Under the pieces are notes generated by a model that made no database searches, was not told the origin of the DNA, and saw only the letters and a program-made list of their open reading frames with translations. From positions 2,105-66,104 of the forward strand of contig JAAYTB010000019.1 in the NCBI GenBank assembly GCA_012523855.1: DNA of 64,000 bases, written 5' to 3'. The DNA comes from Clostridia bacterium. Lineage in GTDB: Bacteria; Bacillota; Clostridia; Clostridiales; Clostridiaceae. Made by a program: the position numbers and the translations under genes. This document shows, one piece after another, positions 1-10,016 of the stretch (positions are counted from its first letter, which is position 1; each line of letters starts with the position of its first letter).

Positions 1-783
1 TGCACAAAAGTATGCGGCATAATACATACAGAACAATATTACCATATTCATTACCCCATATATCATCTGCTTAAAGACAAATTCCTTGGCGGTTCCATAT
101 TCTATAGGGTTAAAGGCCCCATCAAAGGATAGAGGCATATCTACTGGCAAACTTCCCTTAAGATATAGAATGAAAGGAAGAATGGTCATAAATACAATAA
201 TAAAAGCTACTGCAGACAGTAGTATAAGGAACTTTTTATCCTTATGTAGTTCCACACGTGCATCTTCGTTATGTTCATCTATTTGATCCGGAACGTTACA
301 ACTTATTAAAGCTTCTTCAATAGGTTCTATTTGCTCTGGCGAAATAGCATAAGAGATTTTTTTAGTCTTAAGAAACAGGGTACTTTTTTCCGATGACACA
401 AACATTTTTACAGTACCAATCTTGTCTATAATATCCCTACCATAAGAAAATCTACTATTTCCCACACCAGCTAGCTTTACTCCATGTATTGGTTCTTTAG
501 ATATCATATAACCTTCTACTTCTTTAAAATCCACATCAACTTTTTTCAGGTTCCAAAAGGAAGTAATGATTATATGGTTATCAATTAAAGTATATTTCAT
601 AGTTAAATCCAAGAAAAAATAATATAAAAAATATAAATCTACTATTATTAAAGTTACCATTAAAATAGTAGTTAACAAATATGTATTCACAAGTATAAAT
701 AGTACACCTATAAACAGATTTGTAAAAAGTGCAATGGAGAACATATATATTGTAGCTCTGCCTCTTATGGGCTTAATGTCCAT
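1..783 (-). CDS. Membrane protein with bacterial PH-like (bPH_5-type) domain followed by a DUF1648-like segment; 3'-partial, runs off the left edge
   Basis: Not in the ORF track because there is no stop in the window. Hand translation from ATG 783 (SD AGGGGTGA) is open for 261 codons: MDIKPIRGRATIYMFSIALF..., two N-terminal TM helices, GVKLAGVG/YAISPEQ PH-like motifs, a TM, then LPVDMPLSFDGAFNPIEYGTAK. Domain names are from motif resemblance only. Confidence 0.75.
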   Translation of the reverse strand, partial: MDIKPIRGRATIYMFSIALFTNLFIGVLFILVNTYLLTTILMVTLIIVDLYFLYYFFLDLTMKYTLIDNHIIITSFWNLKKVDVDFKEVEGYMISKEPIHGVKLAGVGNSRFSYGRDIIDKIGTVKMFVSSEKSTLFLKTKKISYAISPEQIEPIEEALISCNVPDQIDEHNEDARVELHKDKKFLILLSAVAFIIVFMTILPFILYLKGSLPVDMPLSFDGAFNPIEYGTAKEFVFKQMIYGVMNMVILFCMYYAAYFCA

Positions 784-840
784 ATTTTTATCACCCCTGT
801 GTTTTAATTATAACATAGGTTTGCTACTTTATAAACTCTA

Positions 841-868
841 AAATGCTAACCCTTTTGAGTTAGCATTT
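841..868 (-). terminator. Hairpin after rpoD, probable intrinsic terminator
   Basis: AAATGCTAAC-N8-GTTAGCATTT inverted repeat about 36 nt past the rpoD stop. Confidence 0.6.
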
Positions 869-904
869 CATATTAAATGATACTTAATAAATTTTCTTTG
901 AGTA

Positions 905-1969
905 TTAATCAAGATAGTCTTTTAATTTTTTACTTCTACTTGGATGTCTAAGTTTTCTCAATGCCTTAGCTTCTATCTGTCTTATTCTTTCTCTTGTTAC
1001 ATTAAACTCTTTGCCTACTTCTTCAAGAGTTCTTGCTCTTCCATCATCTAAACCAAATCTTAATCTAAGTACTTTTTCTTCTCTAGGAGTCAGCGTATCC
1101 AACACATTAATCAACTGTTCTTTTAACATGGTAAAAGCTGCAGCTTCTGCAGGAGCTGGCGCCTCATCATCAGGAATAAAGTCTCCTAAATGACTATCTT
1201 CTTCTTCCCCTATTGGAGTTTCTAAGGAAACTGGCTCTTGAGCGATTTTCATAATTTCTCTCACTTTGTCCACAGGCATTTCCATAACCTTAGCTATTTC
1301 TTCTGGCAAAGGTTCTCTACCTAGTTCCTGTAACAGTTGTCTTGAAACTCTAATGAGCTTATTTATAGTTTCAACCATATGGACTGGTATTCTAATAGTT
1401 CTAGCCTGATCCGCTATAGCTCTAGTTATTGCCTGCCTTATCCACCATGTTGCATATGTGCTAAACTTAAACCCTTTTCTAAAATCAAACTTCTCAACTG
1501 CTTTTATTAATCCTAGGTTTCCTTCTTGAATTAAATCCAAAAACAACATACCTCTGCCTACATATCGCTTAGCTATACTTACAACCAATCTAAGATTTGC
1601 CTCTGCTAGCTTCTTCTTAGCTGATATATCTCCCTGTTCAATTCTAGTGGCTAAATCTATTTCCTCTTCCGATGTTAACAAAGGTACTTTACCAATCTCC
1701 TTTAGATACATTCTAACAGGATCATCTATAGCTATACCTTCAGGCACTGATAGGTCAAGCTCTTCCTCGGTTACCTCAGTATCACCCATATCCCCTATAA
1801 CATCTATACCCATAGATTCTAAAACTTCATATATTTTTTCTATTTGTTCAGGGCTTAATTCAATTTCCTCTAACTCATCCATGATTTCTTTATAAGTTAG
1901 TGAGCCACTCTTTTTTCCTTTATCAATAAGTCTTTTAACGATAGCCATTTTAGCATCTTTGTCTTTCAT
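905..1969 (-). CDS. rpoD: Primary RNA polymerase sigma factor SigA/RpoD
   Basis: [72 protein letters not shown]; follows dnaG. Confidence 0.99.
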   Translation of the reverse strand: MKDKDAKMAIVKRLIDKGKKSGSLTYKEIMDELEEIELSPEQIEKIYEVLESMGIDVIGDMGDTEVTEEELDLSVPEGIAIDDPVRMYLKEIGKVPLLTSEEEIDLATRIEQGDISAKKKLAEANLRLVVSIAKRYVGRGMLFLDLIQEGNLGLIKAVEKFDFRKGFKFSTYATWWIRQAITRAIADQARTIRIPVHMVETINKLIRVSRQLLQELGREPLPEEIAKVMEMPVDKVREIMKIAQEPVSLETPIGEEEDSHLGDFIPDDEAPAPAEAAAFTMLKEQLINVLDTLTPREEKVLRLRFGLDDGRARTLEEVGKEFNVTRERIRQIEAKALRKLRHPSRSKKLKDYLD

Positions 1970-1991
1970 ATTGTAACCTCCTTCCGCAGAA

Positions 1992-3764
1992 CTACGACTT
2001 TTCCATTTTTCTTTTGATTTCCATTAGTTCCTGTGCCAGTTTTAAAGATTCTTCTATCATTCCTTTAGCTTCGCACTGTCTAATTTTTTGAATTATTTGC
2101 TTTTTTGAGTTCTCAAGTTGATATTTTTTGATTTCACTGATGTAATCTATAATAAGTTGTTTATTTTCAAAATCATCTTCTATCAGTTCTAAATTACTTA
2201 TTTCTACCCACTCCTTAGAACTTTCAACATCATCACATCTATCCTCTACATATCTATTAAGATCTGCTACTTCTTTGTTTTTACCTTCTACTATTAGATC
2301 AAATACTTTTTTATGACCCTCCATTATAAACATATCTTGACTTAAATTCTCAATTATATACTTATAACATTCATCATCAATGGTCATTAATTTTAATAAA
2401 TTTCTTTCTGCCTTAACATGAGCTGGTTCCACATATAATTTTTGTCCAAAAGTTGGCATAGTATTCATATTACTAGCTTCCTTTGAACTATTATTTAATT
2501 GCCCCTTAAGTAGATCGTAAATAGCCTGTTCTTTAACACCTGTTTCCTGAGACATTCTCTTAATATAAACATCCTTTTCCACAGGATTTAATTCTGCTAA
2601 TACTTCCGTTGCCTTTTTAATATACTTAATTACTTCCTGGCTGTCATTAAAGTTAACTCCCTCTGCTGCTTTTTTGATTTTGTAGTCGATCAAGGACATA
2701 GCCTTGTCAGCAATCCTTAAGAATGCTTCTTTTCCATTGGCACGTATAAATTCATCAGGGTCTTTTCCAGAAGGCATTGACATGATCCTAACATCAAGCC
2801 CTTCCTTTCTTAAAATTTCCATTCCTCTAATAGTGGCAGCCTGACCAGCACCGTCTGCATCATAAGCCATAATGATCTTATCTGCATATCTTCGTAAAAG
2901 CTTTGCCTGCCTTTCAGTTAGAGCTGTTCCTAATGATGCTACCACATTGGTTATGCCATATTGGTGCAGGGAAATACAGTCCATATATCCCTCTACAATG
3001 ATAAAAGTCCTATTGCTCTTGTTCTTTAAAGCAAAATTAAGTCCATATAAATTTATACCTTTTTGAAATATTAAACTTTCTGGAGAATTAAGATATTTGG
3101 GCTTTGAATCGTCTAATACTCTACCGCCAAAACCTATAACCCTACCGCTATAATCAAAGACAGGAAACATTATCCTATTTCTGAACCTATCATACATATT
3201 TCCCTTTTCGCTTTTAATTATAAGTCCTAAGTTTAACATATCTAATTCGGTATAGCCTTTCCGCTTAAGTCCATCAAGTAAGCTATGCCATGAATCAGGA
3301 GCAAAGCCTAATCCAAATCTCTTCATTGTACTTACAGAAATACCTCTAGCAGTGAAATACTCCTGGGCCTTTTTCTTCTTTACCAAATTGCTATAGAAGA
3401 ATCTTGCAGCTTCAACATTTAGCTTATAAAGTCTCTTTTTTTGTTCTTCATAGGCTCTAGTCTTGTCATCATTGTACTCAATAGTTATATTTGCCCTATC
3501 TGCTAAATATTTTACTGCCTCTATGAAGTCCATATTTCTATATTTCATTAAGAAGGTAAAGACATTGCCCGCTTCACCGCAGCCAAAGCATTTATAAATT
3601 TGCTTATCTGATGAAACACTAAAGGAAGGTGATTTCTCTTTATGAAAAGGACATAGGCCCATATAGTTTCTGCCACTTCTCTTTAGTCTTACAACTTCTG
3701 AAACTATATCAACTACATCATTTTCATTTTTAATTTTTTGGATTATTTCATCAGGTATCCTCAA
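1992..3764 (-). CDS. dnaG: DNA primase
   Basis: Zinc finger [33 protein letters not shown] and YDADGAG; start moved to TTG 3764 after GGTGGGA SD. Confidence 0.98.
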   Translation of the reverse strand: MRIPDEIIQKIKNENDVVDIVSEVVRLKRSGRNYMGLCPFHKEKSPSFSVSSDKQIYKCFGCGEAGNVFTFLMKYRNMDFIEAVKYLADRANITIEYNDDKTRAYEEQKKRLYKLNVEAARFFYSNLVKKKKAQEYFTARGISVSTMKRFGLGFAPDSWHSLLDGLKRKGYTELDMLNLGLIIKSEKGNMYDRFRNRIMFPVFDYSGRVIGFGGRVLDDSKPKYLNSPESLIFQKGINLYGLNFALKNKSNRTFIIVEGYMDCISLHQYGITNVVASLGTALTERQAKLLRRYADKIIMAYDADGAGQAATIRGMEILRKEGLDVRIMSMPSGKDPDEFIRANGKEAFLRIADKAMSLIDYKIKKAAEGVNFNDSQEVIKYIKKATEVLAELNPVEKDVYIKRMSQETGVKEQAIYDLLKGQLNNSSKEASNMNTMPTFGQKLYVEPAHVKAERNLLKLMTIDDECYKYIIENLSQDMFIMEGHKKVFDLIVEGKNKEVADLNRYVEDRCDDVESSKEWVEISNLELIEDDFENKQLIIDYISEIKKYQLENSKKQIIQKIRQCEAKGMIEESLKLAQELMEIKRKMEKS

Positions 3765-3821
3765 TGAAACACTTCCCACCCATCTATTAGAAATTAGGAA
3801 TTTCACCACAAGTTTTTATAT

Positions 3822-3848
3822 ATTCGACATAAAAACCTAAATCCCTTC
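3822..3848 (-). promoter_or_regulatory. Candidate SigH promoter with overlapping Spo0A box upstream of dnaG-rpoD
   Basis: Minus strand GAAGGGATTT-N10-GTCGAAT resembles the SigH consensus (AGGA..TT / GAAT); TGTCGAA at 3823-3829 is a perfect 0A box; SigH control of the dnaG-sigA operon is known in B. subtilis. Confidence 0.5.
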
Positions 3849-3989
3849 TTTGTTCATTATTTTTTTATTTTATAATTAAAATTCATTAAATATTACTAAA
3901 TAAAAGCTCATTTTATTATATTACTAGGTTAAAATAATATCACACAGATTATATCTTTCCCTCTAAATACTATAAAATATTCCTAATTT

Positions 3990-5018
3990 TTAGTATATAA
4001 CTAATTTAGGTACATAAAGTTCATTGAACAAGTGTAAACAATAGTCATCACTCATTCCTGAAATATAATCTGTCACACCTTGATACAAACCTTCCTCCTT
4101 TGCAATATTCTTATAAAAGTCCGGTAATTTATCTGGATTTCTATAAAAATAGTCAAATACTTGAGATAAAACAAATTTAGCCTTATCTCTCTCCACCTTT
4201 AATATTGATCCCTTATATATGTTTTCAAACATAAAGTTCCTCAATGCTATCAACTCTTTTTCAACTTGGCTGCTGAGGCCTACTTCTAAGGTGCCTTTCT
4301 CTATATTATCTAGGGTGGTATAAATACAATCTTTTACTAAGGTATCAATTCTTTTGCTGTGACTTTCCCCAAGTGTATTGGTAATACTGATTGGCAAGTC
4401 TTCAATTCTTAATAGTCCTGCTCTGATAGAATCATCAATATCGTGATTTACATAGGCAATTTTATCGCTATACTTAACCACTTGACCTTCTAAAGTATAG
4501 GCCTTCTTCCCTTTCCCCGAAAATCCACTATGATATAAAATTCCATCTAAAACCTCAGGAGTTAAATTTAATCCCCTACCACTACCTTCCAACTTTTTTA
4601 ATACCCTTACACTATTTACATTGTGTTTAAATCCATTAGGCAATAAGTCATTCAGTACCTCTTCACCATTATGGGCAAAGGCAACATGTCCGATATCATG
4701 ACCTAGTGCTATGGCTTCTATGAGATCTTCATTTAATCCAATAGCTCTACCAATAGTTTTAGCAATTTGAGCCACTTCCAAAGTATGGGTAAGTCTAGTT
4801 CGATAATGGTCTCCCCAAGTTTTTATATAAACTTGAGTTTTATGCTTCAATCTCCTAAAGGATTTGCTATGAATTATTCTATCTCTATCCACCATATAGT
4901 CAGTTCTAACTTGGTCTTTTTCTTCTTGACGTTCTCTTGGCCCTGCTTTACTAGAAAGCTGAGCAACCTTGCTGCAAGAAAACTTTTCAACTTCCTCTAT
5001 TCTCACCCTTATGTTCAT
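3990..5018 (-). CDS. dgt: Deoxyguanosinetriphosphate triphosphohydrolase-like HD protein
   Basis: [47 protein letters not shown]; usual position before dnaG. Confidence 0.93.
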   Translation of the reverse strand: MNIRVRIEEVEKFSCSKVAQLSSKAGPRERQEEKDQVRTDYMVDRDRIIHSKSFRRLKHKTQVYIKTWGDHYRTRLTHTLEVAQIAKTIGRAIGLNEDLIEAIALGHDIGHVAFAHNGEEVLNDLLPNGFKHNVNSVRVLKKLEGSGRGLNLTPEVLDGILYHSGFSGKGKKAYTLEGQVVKYSDKIAYVNHDIDDSIRAGLLRIEDLPISITNTLGESHSKRIDTLVKDCIYTTLDNIEKGTLEVGLSSQVEKELIALRNFMFENIYKGSILKVERDKAKFVLSQVFDYFYRNPDKLPDFYKNIAKEEGLYQGVTDYISGMSDDYCLHLFNELYVPKLVIY

Positions 5019-5248
5019 TAAACCACCTCAATTCCTTATTCGCTATAAAGGTTAAAAGTCCTCCTTTTTGTATCAAAAGTATTAACAACTTTATTAGCAA
5101 AATCCATTAATAGTAGCTTTATTAACTTACTTTTTTAATATATAAGTTTTCTACAAATAGGATTTATAATATTTTTTCCATAAGATATGTATATTACAAC
5201 AGACCAAATAATATCTTAATAATATAATCCTTTATAGGAGGTTTTGCT

Positions 5249-6316
5249 ATGCCTAATAAAGCTAACTTAAAGTCTTATAGCTATTTTTCTGATGATACTT
5301 TAAAAAGTCAAGTTCTTATTCATTATGGACTTGAAGATGCTGAAATAGAACAAATTAAATTTAAAGATACGGATAAACAAAGAGCTGTTTTTAAAATTAT
5401 GTATTTAGATCAAGTCTTCTGTTTAAAAAAAGTATATTTCGGAAAAGAAGAATTACTTTTTGTATATTCAGCCATAGAATGGCTTTATAGAAATGGAATT
5501 AATGCCCCAAGATTGCTTCCCACTAAGTCTAATAATAGATTTGTTGAGTTCATGGGAATGCTTTTTATTCTTACACCCTGGATAGAAGGTACAAAATGTA
5601 GCTACGACATTCCAGATAATATACTAGACTCTATTTCACTATTAGCAGATATCCACAACTGTACAAAAAATTTTGCCCCTATTGAAGGCAGTGCATCTAG
5701 GCGGGGCTGTGTAGATTTAAGTATATCTTTACAAAAACATTTTAACCAATTACTAAACTGTTCCAACTTAGCTTTTAAATACAAGGATCGTTTTTCAAAA
5801 ACTTTTTTAAACTACTTTGATAGTAACCTATTACTGTCTAAACTGGCTGTAAGCCTTTCCGCTAGTTTAAATGAAAACAACCTATCTGTTTGTTTATGTC
5901 ATCTGGATTATGTTAACAAGAATATTATCTTTGACTTAGAAAATAGGATTTGGGTTATTGACTTTGATAAATGCAAGGTTGATTATTCTGTTCATGACAT
6001 ATCCTATTTTTTAAGAAGAATACTTAAAAGGGATAAAACCAAATGGAACTTAGATCTTGCTATTAATAGCTTAGAGATTTACGAAAGTAAAAGAGCTCTA
6101 AACATAGATGAGTACAAGTATATTCTTGCCTATCTTTCCTTCCCCCAAAAATATTGGAAAATCTCCAGGGACTATTATAACAACATAAAAAAATGTAATA
6201 AAAGATCCTTCCAAACCTTAATAAACAAAACCGTTGAGAAAACTGAATATCAAGTGCAATTTATTAAAGACTTCCAAGAATACATAGAAAATAAATTTCA
6301 ATGTAAACTTCTGTAA
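5249..6316 (+). CDS. cotS: CotS/YtaA-family spore coat kinase-like protein
   Basis: Kinase-like fold motifs LCHLDYVNKN, IDFD, LSFPQKYWK; divergent gene typical of this clostridial locus. Confidence 0.8.
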   Translation: MPNKANLKSYSYFSDDTLKSQVLIHYGLEDAEIEQIKFKDTDKQRAVFKIMYLDQVFCLKKVYFGKEELLFVYSAIEWLYRNGINAPRLLPTKSNNRFVEFMGMLFILTPWIEGTKCSYDIPDNILDSISLLADIHNCTKNFAPIEGSASRRGCVDLSISLQKHFNQLLNCSNLAFKYKDRFSKTFLNYFDSNLLLSKLAVSLSASLNENNLSVCLCHLDYVNKNIIFDLENRIWVIDFDKCKVDYSVHDISYFLRRILKRDKTKWNLDLAINSLEIYESKRALNIDEYKYILAYLSFPQKYWKISRDYYNNIKKCNKRSFQTLINKTVEKTEYQVQFIKDFQEYIENKFQCKLL

Positions 6317-6382
6317 TAGAAAAAAGGTAACAGATATCCAATATGAGATTTTTGGAGTTAGTTTTTCAATTTTGCACAAAAG

Positions 6383-6468
6383 TAAACAGTAACCAAGATC
6401 CTATGTTTTGGTCACTGTTTTTTTATATTGTCCATTAGAAAGAGACTAAAGCTATTGCTCTAGTCTCT
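6383..6468. terminator. Two hairpins between convergent cotS and ppdK
   Basis: AAACAGTAACCAAGA..TTTTGGTCACTGTTT followed by a T tract (6383-6425), and AGAGACTA..TAGTCTCT (6441-6468). Confidence 0.65.
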
Positions 6469-6480
6469 ATACTTTTCAAA

Positions 6481-9117
6481 TTACTTTCTTGGGTTGTTAA
6501 CCTGTGCTTGTGCAGCAGCAAGTCTTGCAACTGGTACTCTAAATGGTGAGCAGGATACATAGTCAAGTCCTACGTTGTGGCAGAACTCAACAGAAGCTGG
6601 ATCTCCACCGTGCTCTCCGCAGATACCAAGTTTGATGTCTGGTCTTGTAGACTTTCCAAGCTTAGTAGCCATTTCAACTAGCTTACCAACACCAGTCTGG
6701 TCAAGCTTAGCAAATGGGTCTTGCTCGTAAATGTTGTTATCATAGTAGTATTCTAAGAAGTTACCAGCATCGTCTCTTGAGAATCCGAATGTCATCTGAG
6801 TTAAGTCGTTAGTACCGAAGGAGAAGAATTCTGCTTCCTTAGCGATTTCATCAGCAGTTACAGCAGCTCTTGGTATTTCGATCATTGTACCAACCATGTA
6901 CTCAATCTTCTTACCTCTTTCAGCCATAACAGCTTCAGCAGTCTTAACAACTACATCCTTAACAAACTTAAGCTCTTTCACTTCTCCTACAAGAGGAATC
7001 ATGATTTCAGGCTTTACATTGTATTCTGGATGCTTTTCATTCACATCTAGCGCAGCTTCAATTACAGCTCTTGTCTGCATTTCAGCTATTTCTGGATATG
7101 ATACAGCTAGACGACATCCTCTGTGACCCATCATTGGGTTGAATTCATGTAATGATTCAACAGTAGCCTTTAACTCTTCGAAAGTTAAGCCCATATCTTT
7201 AGCTAATGCTTCTATTTCATTATCAGTATGTGGTAAGAACTCATGTAGTGGTGGATCTAAGAATCTGATAGTAACAGCTCTTCCTTCCATTGCCTCATAA
7301 AGGCCAGCAAAGTCTGCTCTCTGCATTGGAAGTATCTTAGCAAGCGCCTTTCTTCTTTGCTCTTCGCTCTTAGCAACTATCATTTCTCTAACAGCTGGTA
7401 TTCTATCTTCTGCAAAGAACATATGCTCAGTTCTGCAAAGTCCGATACCTTCTGCTCCAAACTTAATAGCTGTCTTAGCATCTTGTGGTGAATCAGCATT
7501 AGTTCTAACCTTTAATGCTCTGATTTCATCAGCCCATTCCATGAAAGTTCCGAAGTATCCGGATATTTCTGGCTCAACTGTATCTATAGCTTCACCATAA
7601 ATATTACCTGTAGTTCCATCTAAGGAAATCCAGTCATTTGCAGTGTATCTCTTTCCACCAACTTCAAAGTACTTTTCTTCTTCGTTTATTTTTAAGTCAG
7701 CACAACCAGCTACGCAGCAAGTTCCCATACCTCTAGCAACAACTGCAGCGTGAGAAGTCATACCACCTCTTACAGTTAGTATACCTTCAGCAGCAATCAT
7801 ACCTTCGATATCTTCTGGTGAAGTTTCTAATCTAACAAGAACAACCTTCTCGCCAGCTTCATGTCTTTCCTTAGCTTCTTGAGCTGAGAATGCAACCTTA
7901 CCGGAAGCTGCTCCTGGTGAAGCTGGAAGTCCCTTAGCTATAACGTCAGCCTTCTTTAAAGCATCAGTATCGAAAGCTGGGTGAAGTAATGTATCAAGCT
8001 GTTTTGGGTCAACCTTTAAAATAGCTTCTTCTTTAGTTAATAATCCTTCTTCAACTAAATCAACAGCTATCTTTAATGCAGCTTGTGCAGTTCTCTTACC
8101 GTTTCTTGTTTGTAGGAAGTAAAGTTTACCATCTTCAATTGTAAACTCCATATCCTGCATATCTCTATAGTGCTTTTCTAGCTTATCTACTATAGCCATA
8201 AATTCGTCATAAACTGCCTTGTTTCTTTGCTCAAGAGTTGAGATATCTTCTGGAGTTCTGATACCAGCAACAACGTCTTCTCCCTGAGCGTTCATTAAGT
8301 ATTCAGCATAGATTTTCTTTTCTCCAGTAGATGGGTTTCTTGAGAAAGCAACACCTGTTCCGGAAGTTTCTCCCTTATTACCAAATACCATTTGTTGAAC
8401 GTTAACAGCAGTTCCCCACTCTGAAGGAATGTCGTTTAATCTTCTGTAAACATGAGCTCTTGGGTTATCCCAGGATCTGAATACAGCAGTTACAGCTTCT
8501 ATTAACTGTGTCTTAGAATCTGATGGGAAATCTTCTCCTTTTTCTTTCTTGTATACTTCCTTAAACTGACCTACTAATACCTTTAAGTCTTCAGCAGTTA
8601 AGTCTGAATCCAATTCGTATCCCTTGGATTCCTTCATTTGCTCAAGAAGCTCTTCAAATAATCTCTTCTCAACTCCCATAACAACATCCGCAAACATTTG
8701 GATGAATCTTCTGTAGGAGTCGTAAGCAAATCTTGGATTGTTAGTTGCCTTAGCCAAAACTTCAACAGTTTCGTCATTTAATCCAAGGTTAAGGATTGTG
8801 TCCATCATACCTGGCATTGAAACTCTAGCCCCAGATCTAACAGATACTAGTAGTGGATCGTTCTTACCACCAAATTCCTTACCAGCGATTTTTTCTAATT
8901 CTGCCATTGAAGCATGTATCTGATTTATAATTTCATCAGATAACTTCTTTCCATCTTCATAATATTTGTTACAAGCTTCTGTTGTAACAATGAATCCCTG
9001 TGGAACTGGTATCCCTAACTTTGTCATACCAGCAAGATTAGCACCTTTTCCACCAAGAAGGTTTCTTTGATCTTCTGAACCTTCGCTAAAAAGGTAAACA
9101 TACTTCTTGTTTTCCAT
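6481..9117 (-). CDS. ppdK: Pyruvate, phosphate dikinase
   Basis: LLGGKGANLA, VSVRSGARVSMPGMMDT, phospho-His motif GGMTSHAAVVARG, GIGLCRTEHMF, FSFGTNDLTQ, GICGEHGG. Confidence 0.99.
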   Translation of the reverse strand: MENKKYVYLFSEGSEDQRNLLGGKGANLAGMTKLGIPVPQGFIVTTEACNKYYEDGKKLSDEIINQIHASMAELEKIAGKEFGGKNDPLLVSVRSGARVSMPGMMDTILNLGLNDETVEVLAKATNNPRFAYDSYRRFIQMFADVVMGVEKRLFEELLEQMKESKGYELDSDLTAEDLKVLVGQFKEVYKKEKGEDFPSDSKTQLIEAVTAVFRSWDNPRAHVYRRLNDIPSEWGTAVNVQQMVFGNKGETSGTGVAFSRNPSTGEKKIYAEYLMNAQGEDVVAGIRTPEDISTLEQRNKAVYDEFMAIVDKLEKHYRDMQDMEFTIEDGKLYFLQTRNGKRTAQAALKIAVDLVEEGLLTKEEAILKVDPKQLDTLLHPAFDTDALKKADVIAKGLPASPGAASGKVAFSAQEAKERHEAGEKVVLVRLETSPEDIEGMIAAEGILTVRGGMTSHAAVVARGMGTCCVAGCADLKINEEEKYFEVGGKRYTANDWISLDGTTGNIYGEAIDTVEPEISGYFGTFMEWADEIRALKVRTNADSPQDAKTAIKFGAEGIGLCRTEHMFFAEDRIPAVREMIVAKSEEQRRKALAKILPMQRADFAGLYEAMEGRAVTIRFLDPPLHEFLPHTDNEIEALAKDMGLTFEELKATVESLHEFNPMMGHRGCRLAVSYPEIAEMQTRAVIEAALDVNEKHPEYNVKPEIMIPLVGEVKELKFVKDVVVKTAEAVMAERGKKIEYMVGTMIEIPRAAVTADEIAKEAEFFSFGTNDLTQMTFGFSRDDAGNFLEYYYDNNIYEQDPFAKLDQTGVGKLVEMATKLGKSTRPDIKLGICGEHGGDPASVEFCHNVGLDYVSCSPFRVPVARLAAAQAQVNNPRK

Positions 9118-9191
9118 TATAACACTCCTCCGATATGTATTAATCTATATACTAACGGGGCAGGTTTTGTCCCGGTTAGTTCAAATTTAAC

Positions 9192-9833
9192 CTACTTATT
9201 TTGTCCCAGCTGCACAAATAGCTTTGTTGCATTGGTTTTTGATACTTTTCCAATGACCTTGTAGCTTTCTTTTGTACCATCAAGGGACTTTTCCACTACT
9301 GGTAGACTATCTACTTCGTGGTCAATTATTCGCTGTGCAGCTAAATAAGCGGTATCTTCTTTTTCAACAAAGACTATATTGGGCATTCTTGTCATTATTA
9401 TACCTACAGGAACTTTATGAATATCTGTATTTCCTATTGCTATTTTAAGAAAATCTTTTCTTGATACTGCTCCTATAAGTAAATTATTGTTTACTACGAA
9501 TAAGGTACCTACATCATTTAAGAATAAATGAACTATAGCGTCGTATACGGTACTCTCTTCCTTTACAGTAACAGCATTTGACATAATGTCCTTTACTTTT
9601 ATGTTCATTATACAATCCAGCAATGGGTTTCTTGCTTGTTTTTTAGAATATATGTATCCAACCTTAGGTCTGGCCTCTAATACACCACTCATAGTTAATA
9701 CTGAAAGGTCGGTCCGAAGAGCTGATCTTGTTAATCCCAACATAGATGCTATGGATTTGCTAGTAATAGGCTCATTATTTTTAACAATAGTAATGATTTG
9801 TTCCTGCCTTGGTGTATAATTAATAACTTGCAC
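9192..9833 (-). CDS. ccpN: CcpN-like HTH + CBS-pair transcriptional repressor
   Basis: N-terminal HTH (LGLTRSALRTDLSVLTMSGVLEARPKVGY) plus two CBS domains (VGIIMTRMPNI); directly upstream of ppdK. Confidence 0.85.
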   Translation of the reverse strand: MQVINYTPRQEQIITIVKNNEPITSKSIASMLGLTRSALRTDLSVLTMSGVLEARPKVGYIYSKKQARNPLLDCIMNIKVKDIMSNAVTVKEESTVYDAIVHLFLNDVGTLFVVNNNLLIGAVSRKDFLKIAIGNTDIHKVPVGIIMTRMPNIVFVEKEDTAYLAAQRIIDHEVDSLPVVEKSLDGTKESYKVIGKVSKTNATKLFVQLGQNK

Positions 9834-9932
9834 CTTCCTTTCAAATGCCTAAGCTTTCTAACTTCAAGAGAAAGTATTTTTAAAATACTTTCTCTTAAAG
9901 ATTGTAATTGATAGTTATCCAATTACTATTCT

Positions 9933-9960
9933 ATTATATCACGTAATTGTTTTTAATCTA
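9933..9960 (-). promoter_or_regulatory. Candidate SigA promoter of ccpN-ppdK
   Basis: Minus strand TAGATT-N16-TATAAT with extended -10 (TGaTATAAT). Confidence 0.5.
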
Positions 9961-10016
9961 GTGTAATTAATGAATTTTACGGTAATTTAAATTTTATTTC
10001 TTTAATTATATACAAA

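Noticed and set aside
86-286. 66-aa plus-strand ORF
   Set aside because: Antisense shadow of the minus-strand membrane protein at 1-783; no SD.
3990-5018. dGTPase as a possible anti-phage nucleotide-depletion system
   Set aside because: Short housekeeping-type enzyme in its conserved slot before dnaG, with no defence-island context.
5150-5248. Possible SigK/SigE promoter for cotS (CATAAGATA)
   Set aside because: A -10-like element exists but there is no properly spaced -35; too AT-rich to call.
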